Positions 48,301-60,800 of a DNA stretch of 64,000 nt are shown here, one piece after another. Source of the stretch: Paragordius varius (Eukaryota > Animalia > Nematomorpha); the NCBI GenBank assembly GCA_964247055.1, contig OZ176053.1, positions 5,580,001 to 5,644,000 of the forward strand, in the 5' to 3' direction. A program made the translations under genes and the position numbers. Position 1 is the stretch's first letter; each line of letters begins with the position of its first letter. The notes below the pieces were generated by a model, which was not told the DNA's origin, searched no databases, and worked only from the letters and a program-made list of their open reading frames with translations.

Positions 48301-51300
48301 TCATCCTCCAAACAGCAATCTATATCTGAAAAAGATAATGATTTTACTGAACAAAAAACTACATTGACAAAATATATTAAACATTTTGCACGGTTTCATG
48401 TACCTTGGTTAGTTCCGCATGCTACCAAAACCAAAAAAACTAAAAAATTGAAAAAGAATGGTATGTTTTTAATTATTAACCTCTATCATTCTAAAGTATA
48501 ATTTAATATTTTTTACAAAAAAAATGTTTGAAGTATGGAAATGTTGGAATTTATTTACCAATATTTTTTTGTTTAATACCGATTTCATCCGTTACTTGAA
48601 TAAAGTTTGACACTTTTATCCTAAATGTTAATTTAATCACTATTAATTATTCTTAGCATCATTAAATACTCATTTTTGATAAATATTTTATTAATTTTTA
48701 AAATTTGATTTTGCTAATTTAACAGTTTGGAAAGATATCAATTCAAATTTAATATGAATATTATTTCGATTTTAAAACAAAAATATTTAAAAATATTTAA
48801 ACGGTTTCATTACTTATAACTAGCATTTCAATCATAGTTTCGCTTTGGTAAGAATTACTTTAATTAAAGTAGATGTTTCGTGGTTTACACAGAATGTTAA
48901 TTTAAAAAACCGGTTTCCGCATTCGTTCTGAATCTTACAAATTATTTATTTTGAGTATCTATCGCAATATATTGTAATTTTGTTTTATCTTGTCTTTGCA
49001 AAATTAATTAATTTATTTCATACTCTATATTTTTGTATTTAAGGATTATACACAGATCCTACATTGCGTGGAATTATGTTTAATCCCCAAAACGCTAATC
49101 AATTAATATGCTATGATTTGGAAACTGTTTTTACCATTAGTAAACAAGGGGTAATACTTTTTTATACAAAATATAAAATAAAATTCATATTTATAAATAT
49201 ATATTATAAATTTAATGAAATATTATCAAGATTTGGCGCTGTTTTTAATTTTTTTCGGGTTCGCAATTATTTTTATATAATTTAGCTTTTAAACTTCTTT
49301 TGAAATTTTAAGAATTCTTATATTTTCAATTTTTACAGTGTTATGCAATCGAAGAATTAAAATCCACATATCAAAAGGAAAATCCGTATCCAGCCATTGA
49401 AGAGTATAAAAAATATAAAGTAATATTATTTTACCCGATTTCTATTATTATTCAATGTTATATGGTTTATTTATAATACCAACAAGTTACAATTAATTAA
49501 AGATTATTTCATATATATATATATATATTCAATATTTGAAACACTAAAATTACCAAAAATTTATAACAAAAATTATTGCAGCCATTTTTAAAAAAAATTT
49601 AATTTTAGAATTTTTAAATTATGATAAATATGCCATATCCCACTCACCATCTAACCCACCATCCTCGGATAACCGGATTTCTTTTATAAAAGCATGATTT
49701 TTTTTCAGATAATTTCTCCGATTTTATAGTTTTTAATCTCTTTGAGCAAGGAACAATTTGTTTTAACTTTTCTTTCACAAAAAATTTACAAATAAGTATA
49801 TTATGTTGCGGTCGCTCTCCCTCAGCTCAGAATCAAGTTTTTATGTGGGGATTTTAATGGTCATCTTGGTTCAAGTAGGAAACTTTTGAAATATGGCTCG
49901 GGGGACATTTTTACGGAGAAAGAAACGAGGAAGGAATTAATTTGCTTAGATTTGCACAATCTCACAATTTGGCGATAGCGAACACGTTTTTTGAAAAAAG
50001 AGAGAGAGTCATCTAGTAACTTACAAAAGCGGCATAAACAAATTACAAATTAATTTTATACTAGTCCCAAGAGACTTATTGAAGCTTGTATTAGACTGTA
50101 AGGTCGTGCCAAACTTAGAGATTAGTTCGCAACATAATCTACTTATTTGTAAATTTTTTGTGAAAGAAAAGTTAAAACAAATTGTTCCTTGCTCAAAGAG
50201 ATGAAAAACTATAAAGTAGGAGAAATTATCTGAAAAAAGCATGCTTTTATAAAAGAAATCCGGTTATCCGAGGACGGAGGGTTAGATGGTGAGTGGGATA
50301 AAGTAAACCAGTTAATCAAAAAGGCAGATACTCTAGTTTGTGGATTAAAAGGCGGTAAATTTCAAGTATACAGAGATGCTTGGCTTTACGATGAAACAAT
50401 AATATTGATATCACGAGAAAAAGGTAAGGCTTTTGACAAATGGAGACATAGAAGGAAGGATGATGATAGAGATAAGTGTAAAAGTTTAAATAAAGAATTA
50501 AAAAAACTAGTCGGCCAAGTTAAGAAAGAAAATTTGAATTTGGTTTAAACAAACTGTATAAAGTTGCACAGCAAAGGAATAAACGCATGGATTTACCAGG
50601 TTATGCGGCAATAAAAAGAAAAGATGGAAACTTTCTGTGCGAAAATTTAGAAATATTAAAAAGATGGAAAGAGTGCTTTGTGAGTTTAGATGAAGGGATA
50701 GAGATATTTTTGTCAAACACAGTTGAAGCTAATGATATACCAATAGAAGCAATTACCGAACACGAGGTAGAATCCAATTTGTTAGAAATTCCAAACAACA
50801 AGGCTGTAGGATCGGACGACATAAATATAAATTGTTGGAAAGTGCTTGGAAACGCCGGATTAAATTTCTTGGAGCTTGTTTTTAATAAAATTGTTTCAAC
50901 CTTTGAAATCCCGGTTGAATAAGGAAAGTTTAACTGTGACTTTATTTAAAGGAAAAGGTGATATAAATGAATGTAGTAACTATAGAGGGATAAAACTAAT
51001 GTCGCACACCATGAAATTGTTTGAAAAAATAATTGAAAAGCGAATCAGGAAAATGATATCTATAGAAGGAAATCAATTTGGTTTCATGCCAGGAAAGTCA
51101 ACAGTAGATCCTATACATGCGGTTAGGAGGTTTATTGAAAAACACATTGAAAAAAAGAAAGAATTACACGGGGTTTTAATTGACATAGAGAAGGCGTTTG
51201 ACAGGATTTTTAGAGAAACTATTTGGTGGAGTCTCCGTCGTAAAAAAGTGCCAGAAAGTTATATTAAGTTGTTACAAATAATGTACGAATCCCACACCTC

Positions 51301-52631
51301 CAGGATTAAAACCCCACAAGGTTTATCAGAGCCCTTTTCAATAAAGCATGGCGTCTACCAAGGCTCATCACTCAGCCTCTTATTGTTTATAATTTGTATG
51401 GACGAGGTAGCCAAGGTTGTTAATGTAAGGTCAGGTTGGTACTTATGCAGATGACATAATCATCTTGTCTGATTCATTGGCTGAGTTAAACGGTAAACAG
51501 ATGTTATTATACTGAATCAATACGGTCTGAAAGTAAACAAAACCGAACTTATTACTTTTGGGGGTCCACAACATGAAATGGAGGTTGATGATAGTTGGGT
51601 TCTGAAGGGTAAAGAAAGTTGCAAATATTTGTGGGCTATGTTAAGTTCAGATGGATCGTTGACCGATAATTTAAGAATAAAGGGCATTGGGTAAATTGGA
51701 AGAAAATTCAAGCGTGTTATGTGATCGAAATATTGATGTTAGAGTGAAAGGTAAGATATACAGTTCAGTTGTTCAACGCACAATGATGTATAATTCACAG
51801 ACGTGGGGTGTCAAAAAATCCGAAGAAAGACATTTTAACGTGACTTAAATGAAAATAATGCTTAGAATGATGTGTGGGGTAACAAGAAAGGACAGAATTG
51901 AGAATAGATATATTCGTGGGAACAATATTAAACCAATAGTGGAAAGAATGTCAAAAATAGTGTACGTTGATTCGGGCACATTGAAAGGAGAGATACTAAT
52001 TATGTTGCAAAAATAATAGTCATATAGTTGAAAGGAAACGAGGACGTGGGCGGCCTAATACGAAATGGATAGATACAGTAAAAAAAGAGCTAGCAGAATA
52101 CGAGCTTATTGCAGAAGACGCCATAGATAGAGTTCTATGGCGAGACTGGTTGTATAACATGACCGCTCTCACGGTTGAAAACATGTAATGTATTAATAAT
52201 AATAATACCATTTACAATTATTTCACCCTTAAACAATTCAAATTCACCATTGAACAATTCAAATTCACCCTCAAACAATACGAATTCACCCTCATATAAA
52301 ATATGTGTTTTTAAGATTAAAAATTACCCATATTTTACATGTATTTCATATTAATAATGAGTTATATTAGTTCAAAAAGACATAATTTATTTTTAGGGTG
52401 AATTTGAATTGTTCAAGGGTGAATTCGAACTGTAAATGGTATATATTTATATCATTTACCATAATGTTTAAAGCACATTCACTTTAATATCTAAAAATGA
52501 AATTTTATTTCTAGTATTGTGTATACTTGGAACCATTAGACAAGAACAATTTGGGGGTGGTTGAAATTAAATCTGATAGTATAATTAATCATCTATTACC
52601 CGCAATGAAAAAGAAGAGATATGGTGTATAA
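38499..52631 (+). CDS. UTP4: U3 snoRNA-associated protein 4 (UTP4/Cirhin), WD40, 18 exons, ~1047 aa as modelled
   Basis: Exons 38499-38608, 38633-38690, 38713-38835, 38858-38926, 39827-40214, 41457-41636, 42164-42501, 42712-42868, 43241-43375, 43443-43538, 45212-45363, 45556-46057, 47123-47310, 47847-47942, 48214-48460, 49044-49150, 49339-49419, 52515-52631. Collinear similarity to recalled UTP4: AVLRNEGPIEIW, ICWCKNRLFGSGITGSIVEYDL, ISADTYGAIRFW, HENDVKAL, FQYLTRLEVW, IVCSAISPCANYVAYS, C-terminal LLPAMKKKRYGV. Central exon boundaries are less certain. Confidence 0.85.
40303..41138. mobile_element. hAT-like MITE (836 bp) with GGAACC/GGTTCC subterminal repeats, in UTP4 intron 5
   Basis: TIR CAGGGCTTG(G/A)AACCGG at both ends; 8-bp flanks ATAGAAAT (40295-40302) and ATAAAAAT (41139-41146) match at 7/8, consistent with a hAT 8-bp TSD. 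Confidence 0.8.
43650..44647 (-). mobile_element. Decayed 5'-truncated RTE-like LINE with 5' inversion, in UTP4 intron 10
   Basis: The minus-strand part encodes the PHD finger, thumb and C-terminus (GVRPTRTYACETW, RLRYFGHIDR). The plus-strand part 44365-44647 encodes PWNLLYADGL...KYPCSIC. Confidence 0.85.
49636..52205 (+). mobile_element. Decayed RTE-like LINE (a different lineage with no PHD finger), with 5' inverted duplication, in the last UTP4 intron
   Basis: GDFNGH, IANTFFEKR, NYRGIKLMSHTMKLFE, QFGFMPGKST, IDIEKAFDR, HGVYQGSSLSLLLF; many stops and frameshifts; (AAT)n tail near 52193-52205. Confidence 0.88.
52206..52441. mobile_element. MITE family 2 copy
   Basis: TACCATTTACA ... TGTAAATGGTA terminal inverted repeats with tandem AACAATTCAAATTCACC units. 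Confidence 0.8.
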
Positions 52632-54240
52632 ATAATATTGCAATAAATGTCTAAATACTTTATAATCAATCCATATTCATTTATTAGCTTTTAAACGTTT
52701 AACTAATAAACACATAGCGAAACTTAAAACCATATTTGAAATAGAATATCAATAATTAGATTAATTAATTTTGTGATGCTAACAGTTGTTCTATTATACC
52801 TATTTTGTGTTATTATTCTATTGATTGGTTAAATTTGTTAACTCTAACTAAAATTATAACTTAAAATTTTTGTGCGGTAAAAAAATAATACAATGTGAAT
52901 TTATCCGAAAAAAATTTATATTTATATTTTTTAACAATAAACTGACATGCGCAAAGTTTTGACACATTTAACAAAGAAAACGGATTTAAATATCCGTTTT
53001 TGGCATTTATTAAATCATTCGCTTATTTATTTTACAATATTGAAAGACAGTTATAGATAGCTTTCTTTGGTTTTATCAAAAAAATTGTATAAAATCATTT
53101 TAGACGTTTCGCTTAAAAAATAAAAATCGGCCTATTGAGCTTTCATATATATTACAAAATGTTATATTTATTACCATAATTCAACAATATTTAGCGTTTT
53201 TACGATGAAATAATAACGTTATCAAAATTGATTTAGAGCCAATCTAATGCCATATTAAAGGCATAAACTGTTATATTTTGTGAAATCCGGTTACATATTT
53301 AATAATTTTTCTCAACTTCAACATGTCCAAATTTATTCTAACAACACTCCTGGGTATAATTATTACGTTTTAATTGAGTAATTAAACAAATATTTGGTAA
53401 TTATGGTATAATAATTTAAATAAAATTACTTTTTATTTTAAATATTTTGTTTTTATATTAAAAATTCAATTATAATGTTAAAAAATGGAAAACTACACCG
53501 AATTCTATGATGAGAAATCATTAAATGGGTAAATTATTTGTTTAAAAAAGCCCAAGGCAAACACGGGGATATAATTTTTTTTCAGTATATGCAATTTTTA
53601 TTTTCAAATATAATTGATTTTAAAATAATATATAGAACAATCGCTTTCTCTAGCTTAATAAATCCTAATATCTCAAAAGATACTTTTATTCGGAATTATC
53701 ATGAATATTGATTAAATTTTTTTTCTATAGTTCTTTTCTTTTGACCAAAACAACTTTTTTTATATTTTTATATCTGCACATTTTTGTTGCAGGGATAAGA
53801 TATAATAAATAAGGTTTAAAAGCCTTTTTTTGTAACATAATCGTTTGTCTGAGAATTAAAAGTTTATGATAAGAGTCAAACTTGATAATTTTAATACCTT
53901 ATTAAAAGATTTAAAACCAATAATTTGAGCGCCACACAACCGCATAAAATAGTGAGTATTAGGCTCCTATTATTATAAATGATATCAACACATTAACAAT
54001 AAATTTTGACTCTTTAATTTATGCGATTAGATCCACCATTTTTGACGGAAAAAATTTTGTTGGTAGAAGATAAATATAATTATCGATCGAATTAAATGTA
54101 ATAAATTTTACAAAGCTTTTTTTGATTTTAAGCCACACCGAATCTTAACTCAAATACTACTGTTACAGTTTAAAATCCAAATTAATATTTCGTCTCCTCT
54201 TTTCTAATTACTTATTCAAAACAATTATTAATCAAATTAG

Positions 54241-54425
54241 CATTGGTTTTGATCAATTCCCTGTATGCCGCAACATGTCCTGCTGGAGTAAATACCGTAA
54301 ATTGTTTCGTATCGCCTTGTCTAAACAAAAAATGCCCAGCTTTCCCCAAAGCTAAATGTATTTCCGATTACTGTGGCGCCTGTGCCCACTATTTCGTGAT
54401 TAATGGTTTACGAGTTCAATGTTAA
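54241..54425 (+). CDS. Terminal exon of a small, probably secreted, 6-Cys protein; first exon not identified
   Basis: After the acceptor TTAG at 54237-54240 it reads (A)LVLINSLYAATCPAGVNTVNCFVSPCLNKKCPAFPKAKCISDYCGACAHYFVINGLRVQC*. This is a hydrophobic signal-like tail followed by a CP-x6-C-x3-PC-x4-CP-x6-C-x4-CG-x-C pattern, with GC content above the flanks. Confidence 0.6.
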
Positions 54426-54483
54426 ACTGAAAACGTTTTAAATGCAATTTTACATAATAAGTCAAAATATATAATTGTATTTG

Positions 54484-54720
54484 CAGTAAAAAATGAAATT
54501 ATAATGATTAGACGTAAAAAACGACCAATTTTTTTTAAAAAAACATTTTTTGTTACATTATGGTTTCTGCAAAATAATAATGTAGATATTCAAATTGGTA
54601 ACACACTGTATTATATATTTGATTATAATTATAAAAGTTATATAATCAAGAGTTATAAGTATGGTTGTAAAAAAATTATTTGCTTGTTTTACGTTTTTAT
54701 TTATAATTTTCGAACACCAA
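54484..54720. mobile_element. MITE family 1, degenerate copy
   Basis: CAGTAAAAAATGAAATTATA..., core AATTGGTAACACA, right arm AAGTATGGTTG...TTTTACGTTTT. Confidence 0.55.
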
Positions 54721-54808
54721 CCAACATTACTAAAATTGTATAATAATAATAATTGATACAATATACATTTATTGAAGAAATAAAAAATTTTTTTTTTTAG
54801 AAAAATAT

Positions 54809-57800
54809 TTAATTTTTGATCATGGCAGCTAAATCATGCAATTTCATATTGATGTTTATTGGCAAGCGGTATGGCAAAAGTCCTGCAAACATAATTAATG
54901 CATCGGCTCTAAACCTTAGTTTTTGCATTTCCTATATTATCATTAATTTATATATTAATTATAAAAATTGATATTTAAACAAATCAGATAAAAACCATAT
55001 GTCTTTAAAAATATCAGTTTACCAAATGTATACCATTTGCACTTCAAGAGTGTCCTTGAACACTTCAATTGGTCCTTAAAATATAAATTTTGATTTAACC
55101 ATAAATTTTGCATTTATTTTTTTATTTTATTATTTATTTACCTAATTTTCTTTATTTATTATATATATTTATTCATTTAAAAATAAAAATTTTTATTGAA
55201 AAACCACTTTTTTGTTTCGACCTATATTTTTTCAATTGAATATTATTAACTTTTAAATATTTAATGAAAAATTGTAATAAATAACCCAGAAAACATATAT
55301 TTTTCATTTCGTGTTAAAATCTTGTAAATATCTAAAATAATTTCAAGAAATTAATAAAGATATACGGTTTTTCAAAGATTAAAAGTATCGATTTAAAATT
55401 TATGTTAATAGAAAATAGGTTAAAAACAATAAAATAGATAAATTATTTACGATTTGATTGATAAAAGTTAAAAACAAAACAAAAAAGTCAAAGGACCAAC
55501 TTGAAGTCTTCAAGGACATTCTTAAAGTGTTCAAGGACCAACTTGAAGTGTTCAAGGACACTCTTGAAGTGCAAATGGTATAGTTTTTTACCTCTAACAG
55601 TATATTTTTTGATTGAGTAGTTTTCTGCATTAATGTTGAGGACAAAGTCCCATTTAGTAAAAAACTTTGAGTTGGTAGTTTTGAAATGGAAGTATCTTCT
55701 GCGTTTTCTAATTCTCTTTTAAGGGCAATAAATTCTTTTTGATAAAGTTGCATAGTACGTAACAAGATATTTGGATATAAATTTCGAATCTATAGTTATG
55801 TTAAGATAAAAAAAATAATTATGTAAGTCCATATATATTGTCATAAACATGGATTATATAAGCCTTATAAATTTTTAATCGCGAAATAAATTATTCATAT
55901 TATAATATTGATATTTATTACAATCGTTTAACTTAATTTTAAAACAAATAAAATATTAATGGCTGAAAAATTTCAAAAAATACCTCCTCTTTAGCAAACC
56001 CAAAATTTTGAATACAATTTTCAACTTCCGATTTATTTATAGGGACCAAACGCAATGCTTCAATTATCTGATGATAAATGTAACAAAAAATATGGGTTAT
56101 AATAATATTTAATAATTATTTATAAAAATTCCTTACCGATATAGCTAGAGAAGCGTTACCATTTTGTATTGCATTAAAAAATTTGCAAATATCAAGCAAC
56201 AAGAAAAATGTTTGACTTTTCTCCTTCAAATTCCCACTATTCAGGCTAACCGATGATTTTGAAATGGTGTAACTGAAATAAAATAATTACACTTCAAATT
56301 CACCCTTAAACAATTTGAATTAACTCTTCAATTCAAATTCACCCTAAAATAAATTATGTGTTTTTTAAGATTAAATATTAACTATATTTTTGCATTAATT
56401 TTAATAATACTGAAAAAATAATAAACTAAGCCATAAAGCTATATTTAATGACGAGTTATTGCCCGAAAACAAAATTTAGTTTTGGGGTGAATTTGAATTG
56501 TTCAAGGGTAAATTTGAAATGTAAATGTTATAATATGAATTAAAGTGTAGTAAATAAAAATTAGTTTAATATTAGTTTACTGGTAACATACTATAAAAGT
56601 GTTAAAAAAGTGTGTAAAACAAAAAAAATAAGCATACATCTTGGCCACATTATCGGCTAATGAAATAAGACCAGTTATATCGTTGGTGTCGGCCTCAAAG
56701 TTAGCATTGTTGGAAGAATTTAATAAATATCCATACAACAATTGTTTCAACAACGTGAATAAGCGATCATAATTCTATAAATAGCATAAAGATAGTTAAA
56801 TTTAACCGAGTTTTAATTTATAGATAAAGTAAACTGGTATAAAATGAATTAAGATGATAAAAAAAGTTTTTAATCAAATTTATTTTCTAACATAAAATAT
56901 AAAAATTGAGTTATAATAAATTTATTTTACAGTAAACATTAAAAATGATACGGACAAAACGTAAAAATATAACGACAAATATTTTTTTCTCAAAGACAAC
57001 CATACTTTTTAAATCTTGATTTTTTTACATATAGATGTTTTAAACTGCATGAAATTGATATGTATATTGGTAAAACAATCAATTTTTTATTTTACAAAAT
57101 ATATATAATTTGTTTAATGCCCAAGTATCAAAACCATAAGTATGAGCTGGTTTTATTCCTGCTTTGTAAAGATACCATTTATTATTATTGTTAACATTTT
57201 TGATTTGTAGAACATATTTTAGCTGATTAAATTTTATCCAACCTTGTTGTATTCTTCTTTTAATAGCCTTTTGCAGGCTGCCTTTAGATGATATAACATC
57301 TCCTAGGTAAAGAAAAGAGTCTACCAATTCGATATAATGACCATCAATACCTTTAGTGGATAAAAATTATTATTACTGGGGTTCCAATTTAAACATTTAA
57401 AATTTATTGCATTTGTTAACTTGCCTTTTATGTAAGAGCACTTTATGTGTACCCACATTTGACATGATATGCATTTAATGGAATTCGAACGTACTTCCTT
57501 CGTGCAAATGGAGCAGGAATATCTGGGTGTTTGACTTTCACCCGTTATCATTATTTTGGTTAATGGTATTTTTACAGAGCAGGAATAAGACCAGCTCTTA
57601 CCTATAGTTCTGAAACTTGGGCATTAAACAAAACTAATCAAACAAAATTCCTTACTAGTGAAAGCCGAAAACTCAAAAGCTGCTTTCTTACACCAACTTT
57701 CATTAAAAAATCGATAAAATCCATTTTATCGTCCAAACTAATAGATTGCGTCTCTAGGGTCATAATCAAAGAAGAGACGCCACATGTCCTTTAAAAACTG

Positions 57801-60800
57801 TTGAAAACATTAATGTTGATGGCAAAAGAAAATAGATCACTCTTTTCTTATAACGACAATATAAAAATGGACTTTCAACGTAGCGACAGAACAATGTAAA
57901 GATAGTAAGTTATGGCGGAAATTACTGCGTGGCCATTCCGAATCTGGAGTCCAGATCCTTACCTATTACTAATTATATAATTTATATGAGAAAGAAAGTG
58001 TGATTGTTTTTTGAAAATAATATTTGTCTTTATATTTTTACGTTTTGTCCGTATAATTTCAATATCTATATTAAATAAGAGTTATTAATCAAAATATTAA
58101 AGATAATTTTATAAAATTTTAAAATTTAAAAACCATAAAATTGTTGGATGTTAATATACTTTGGCAATCAAATATATATGAAGGGCGAGGGGATATTGAG
58201 CTTTTTCTTCAAATTGCCTTGCAGCGGAATTCGCAATTTCATTTGTGAAAATTCCCAATCTATCGACAATACCTTGTTTCTGTACAAAGGAACAAAATTT
58301 AAAAAAATAATATTTATTAATTTAAAATGTAACAAAATATTAAATTCCTTATTATACCGTTTTAATACCATCATTCATGTCTATTTTACCAAGGATATCT
58401 TCAAAATTTTTCGTTTTCTGAATAAGTGCTACGACATTACGCACATATAAATTGGGGACTAAAACGGTTTTAGAACTATCAACATTTTGAATGGATTTCT
58501 CACACGCATTTTCGTGCAAATCATCTTTCATTGGAGAATTGTCTGCAGATAGGAGTTTTGTGGAATCCGGTATATCTCTATTCATATAATAATAAAAATG
58601 GGCTATATCAATTTAAAAATATAGATTTAGACAAATTAGTTTGATATATTTACAGTTTAAATAAAAATTATGAAGCAAAACTAAAAAAGAAAGAGACCAA
58701 ATTTTAAAGTATATTTTATGATCGTTAAATTGTTATATAACCTATATATAATTTATTTTTCTTTCATAAATTGAGTGTTTACCATTAATTTTGTTTAAAT
58801 ATTAATTTTATTTTTACGTTTGACAAAGATTATTTGTAGTAATCGAAAATTTAGATTAAAAAAATTATTCAATTATAGCTGAATTATAATATCAATATTA
58901 ATACCAATTTATTATTTCTCACATATTAAAAAAATCATGATTTAAATTAAGGTATCATCAAAATATACCAGTCTTTCACTATCCCATTTACAATTCAAAT
59001 TAACCCTCGAACAATTCAAAACACCCTATGTATGTTTATTAAGTTATAATTTTTTAATAAAAATTTTGTTTTAAATTAAAATAATACTGAAAAAATAATA
59101 ATCTATACCATAAAGATATATTTCATATTAATAATGAGTTATATTAATTCGAAAACACATAATTTATTTTTAGGGTGAATTTGAACTGTAAATCGTATAT
59201 TATAATTTTGCTTTTAAAATTTAATTTTTACTGATCTATCGTGTAAAAATTCAAGAATAACTAACCTCAAACAAAAATAGTAGCTAATAGCTTCTTCAAT
59301 GTCATGTAATTCAAATCCTCGCGTATACAGCAAAATTAAACGCTGTAAATTAAGATTGAAAGATTGGCCCAGACTTGCTTTGTTTTCTGTAACTATGTTA
59401 ACGAATAAAATTTATAAAAAAAATTGGTTAATAGGAATAATAAAAATATGAAAACATAATTTATTGTACTTTATATTTTCTTTAAATAAAATTTATGATA
59501 AAAATTAATTGACCTTGATGCTCATTAGATGTATAAACTTTCAATATATTCTTTAAATAAGAAGACTTTTGGTAAAAAATGTGGTAAAATTCAAAAAAAG
59601 AATTTTAATAAAATTTAATGAGTTGTATAAAACTAAAAGGGTGGACAAACTTAAATCATCATCAACACGTTTAGTTAATTGAATTAATTTGGCTGAATGC
59701 AATGCACATGCCATATTCACGGATTGACTCAACAGTAAAAGCGGGTTTGTTTGAGAAGCCATAGCTGATATGTTATGGTCAGGATCTATTTAACATATAG
59801 AGTGACTGACATATTTTTAAAGAATCAAATAAGCAGGACAATTTTTCTGAATAAACCCTTTTTATCCCCTTTTCTTAGCAGATTTATTTGACATTTTCCG
59901 TACCATTATGACGTAAATGGGAATGATTTTTTTAATTTTTGGATAACTCAATAAAAAAATTCTTAAAAATTTGCACAAAGGACAAACATATCTTTAATTT
60001 AAATATATGATATTTTTGCTAACCTTTTTTTTCGGAAACCAATTTTCACATAACAAATTCTGTCATATTAGGGGGGTCAATTACATTATTATTATTTTTA
60101 GTTAATAAATAGAACCTTACCCGGTTTAATTTTCATTGATTTGCTGGTATTGGAAGTTATAACGGTTGAAGCCATGAATTGACAAGCTAATTCAAACAAA
60201 TTGAGCGCCAATAATATACGAATGTATAACCAGGGCTTTTCTTTTGCCCTAAAATACTCCGGTCCTAGGTAAAAAAACAAAAAAATAGTAAGATAAAACA
60301 TTTTGGCAATAAAATCTAATGCAATAGTATCTAAAATATACTTTGTTAATGAAATAAAAAAAATATATCCATATATTCAGATGTTTTTTTATATTATATA
60401 TGTATCACAAATTTTGAAAATAAACCAAATTGTTGAACAATCATGGTTTGTAATTCGCCAAAGGTCAAAAAAGATTTAGCACCAATCGAGGATGACATAG
60501 CTCCAGTTCCTCTCTGTGATAAATTGGAAACGTATCCACCAAATCCTGTCGGCTTTTTATTTGAAAGGGTATCATAACCTATAAGCGATAAATTTATGAT
60601 GATGCAATGTTATATGCAGTATTTTTGATTTTAAAAAAAGATGGTAAAACCACTCTATATGACCGGCGCCTCTTTAATATATACGGTACTTATAAACATA
60701 AGAGCTTATGCTAATCAATAAGAAACTACTATTTAAGTTTTAATCGTTTATTAAATATATTTTCTTAAAATTTGGTAACAAATCGATCTAAAGCCCCCAT

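Noticed and set aside
55400-55591. C-terminal part of ORF 55400..55765 with repeated LNTSSWS/LKTSSWS
   Set aside because: Read-through from a NUP93 exon past its GT donor (55591) into the tandem units of the family 3 MITE arm.
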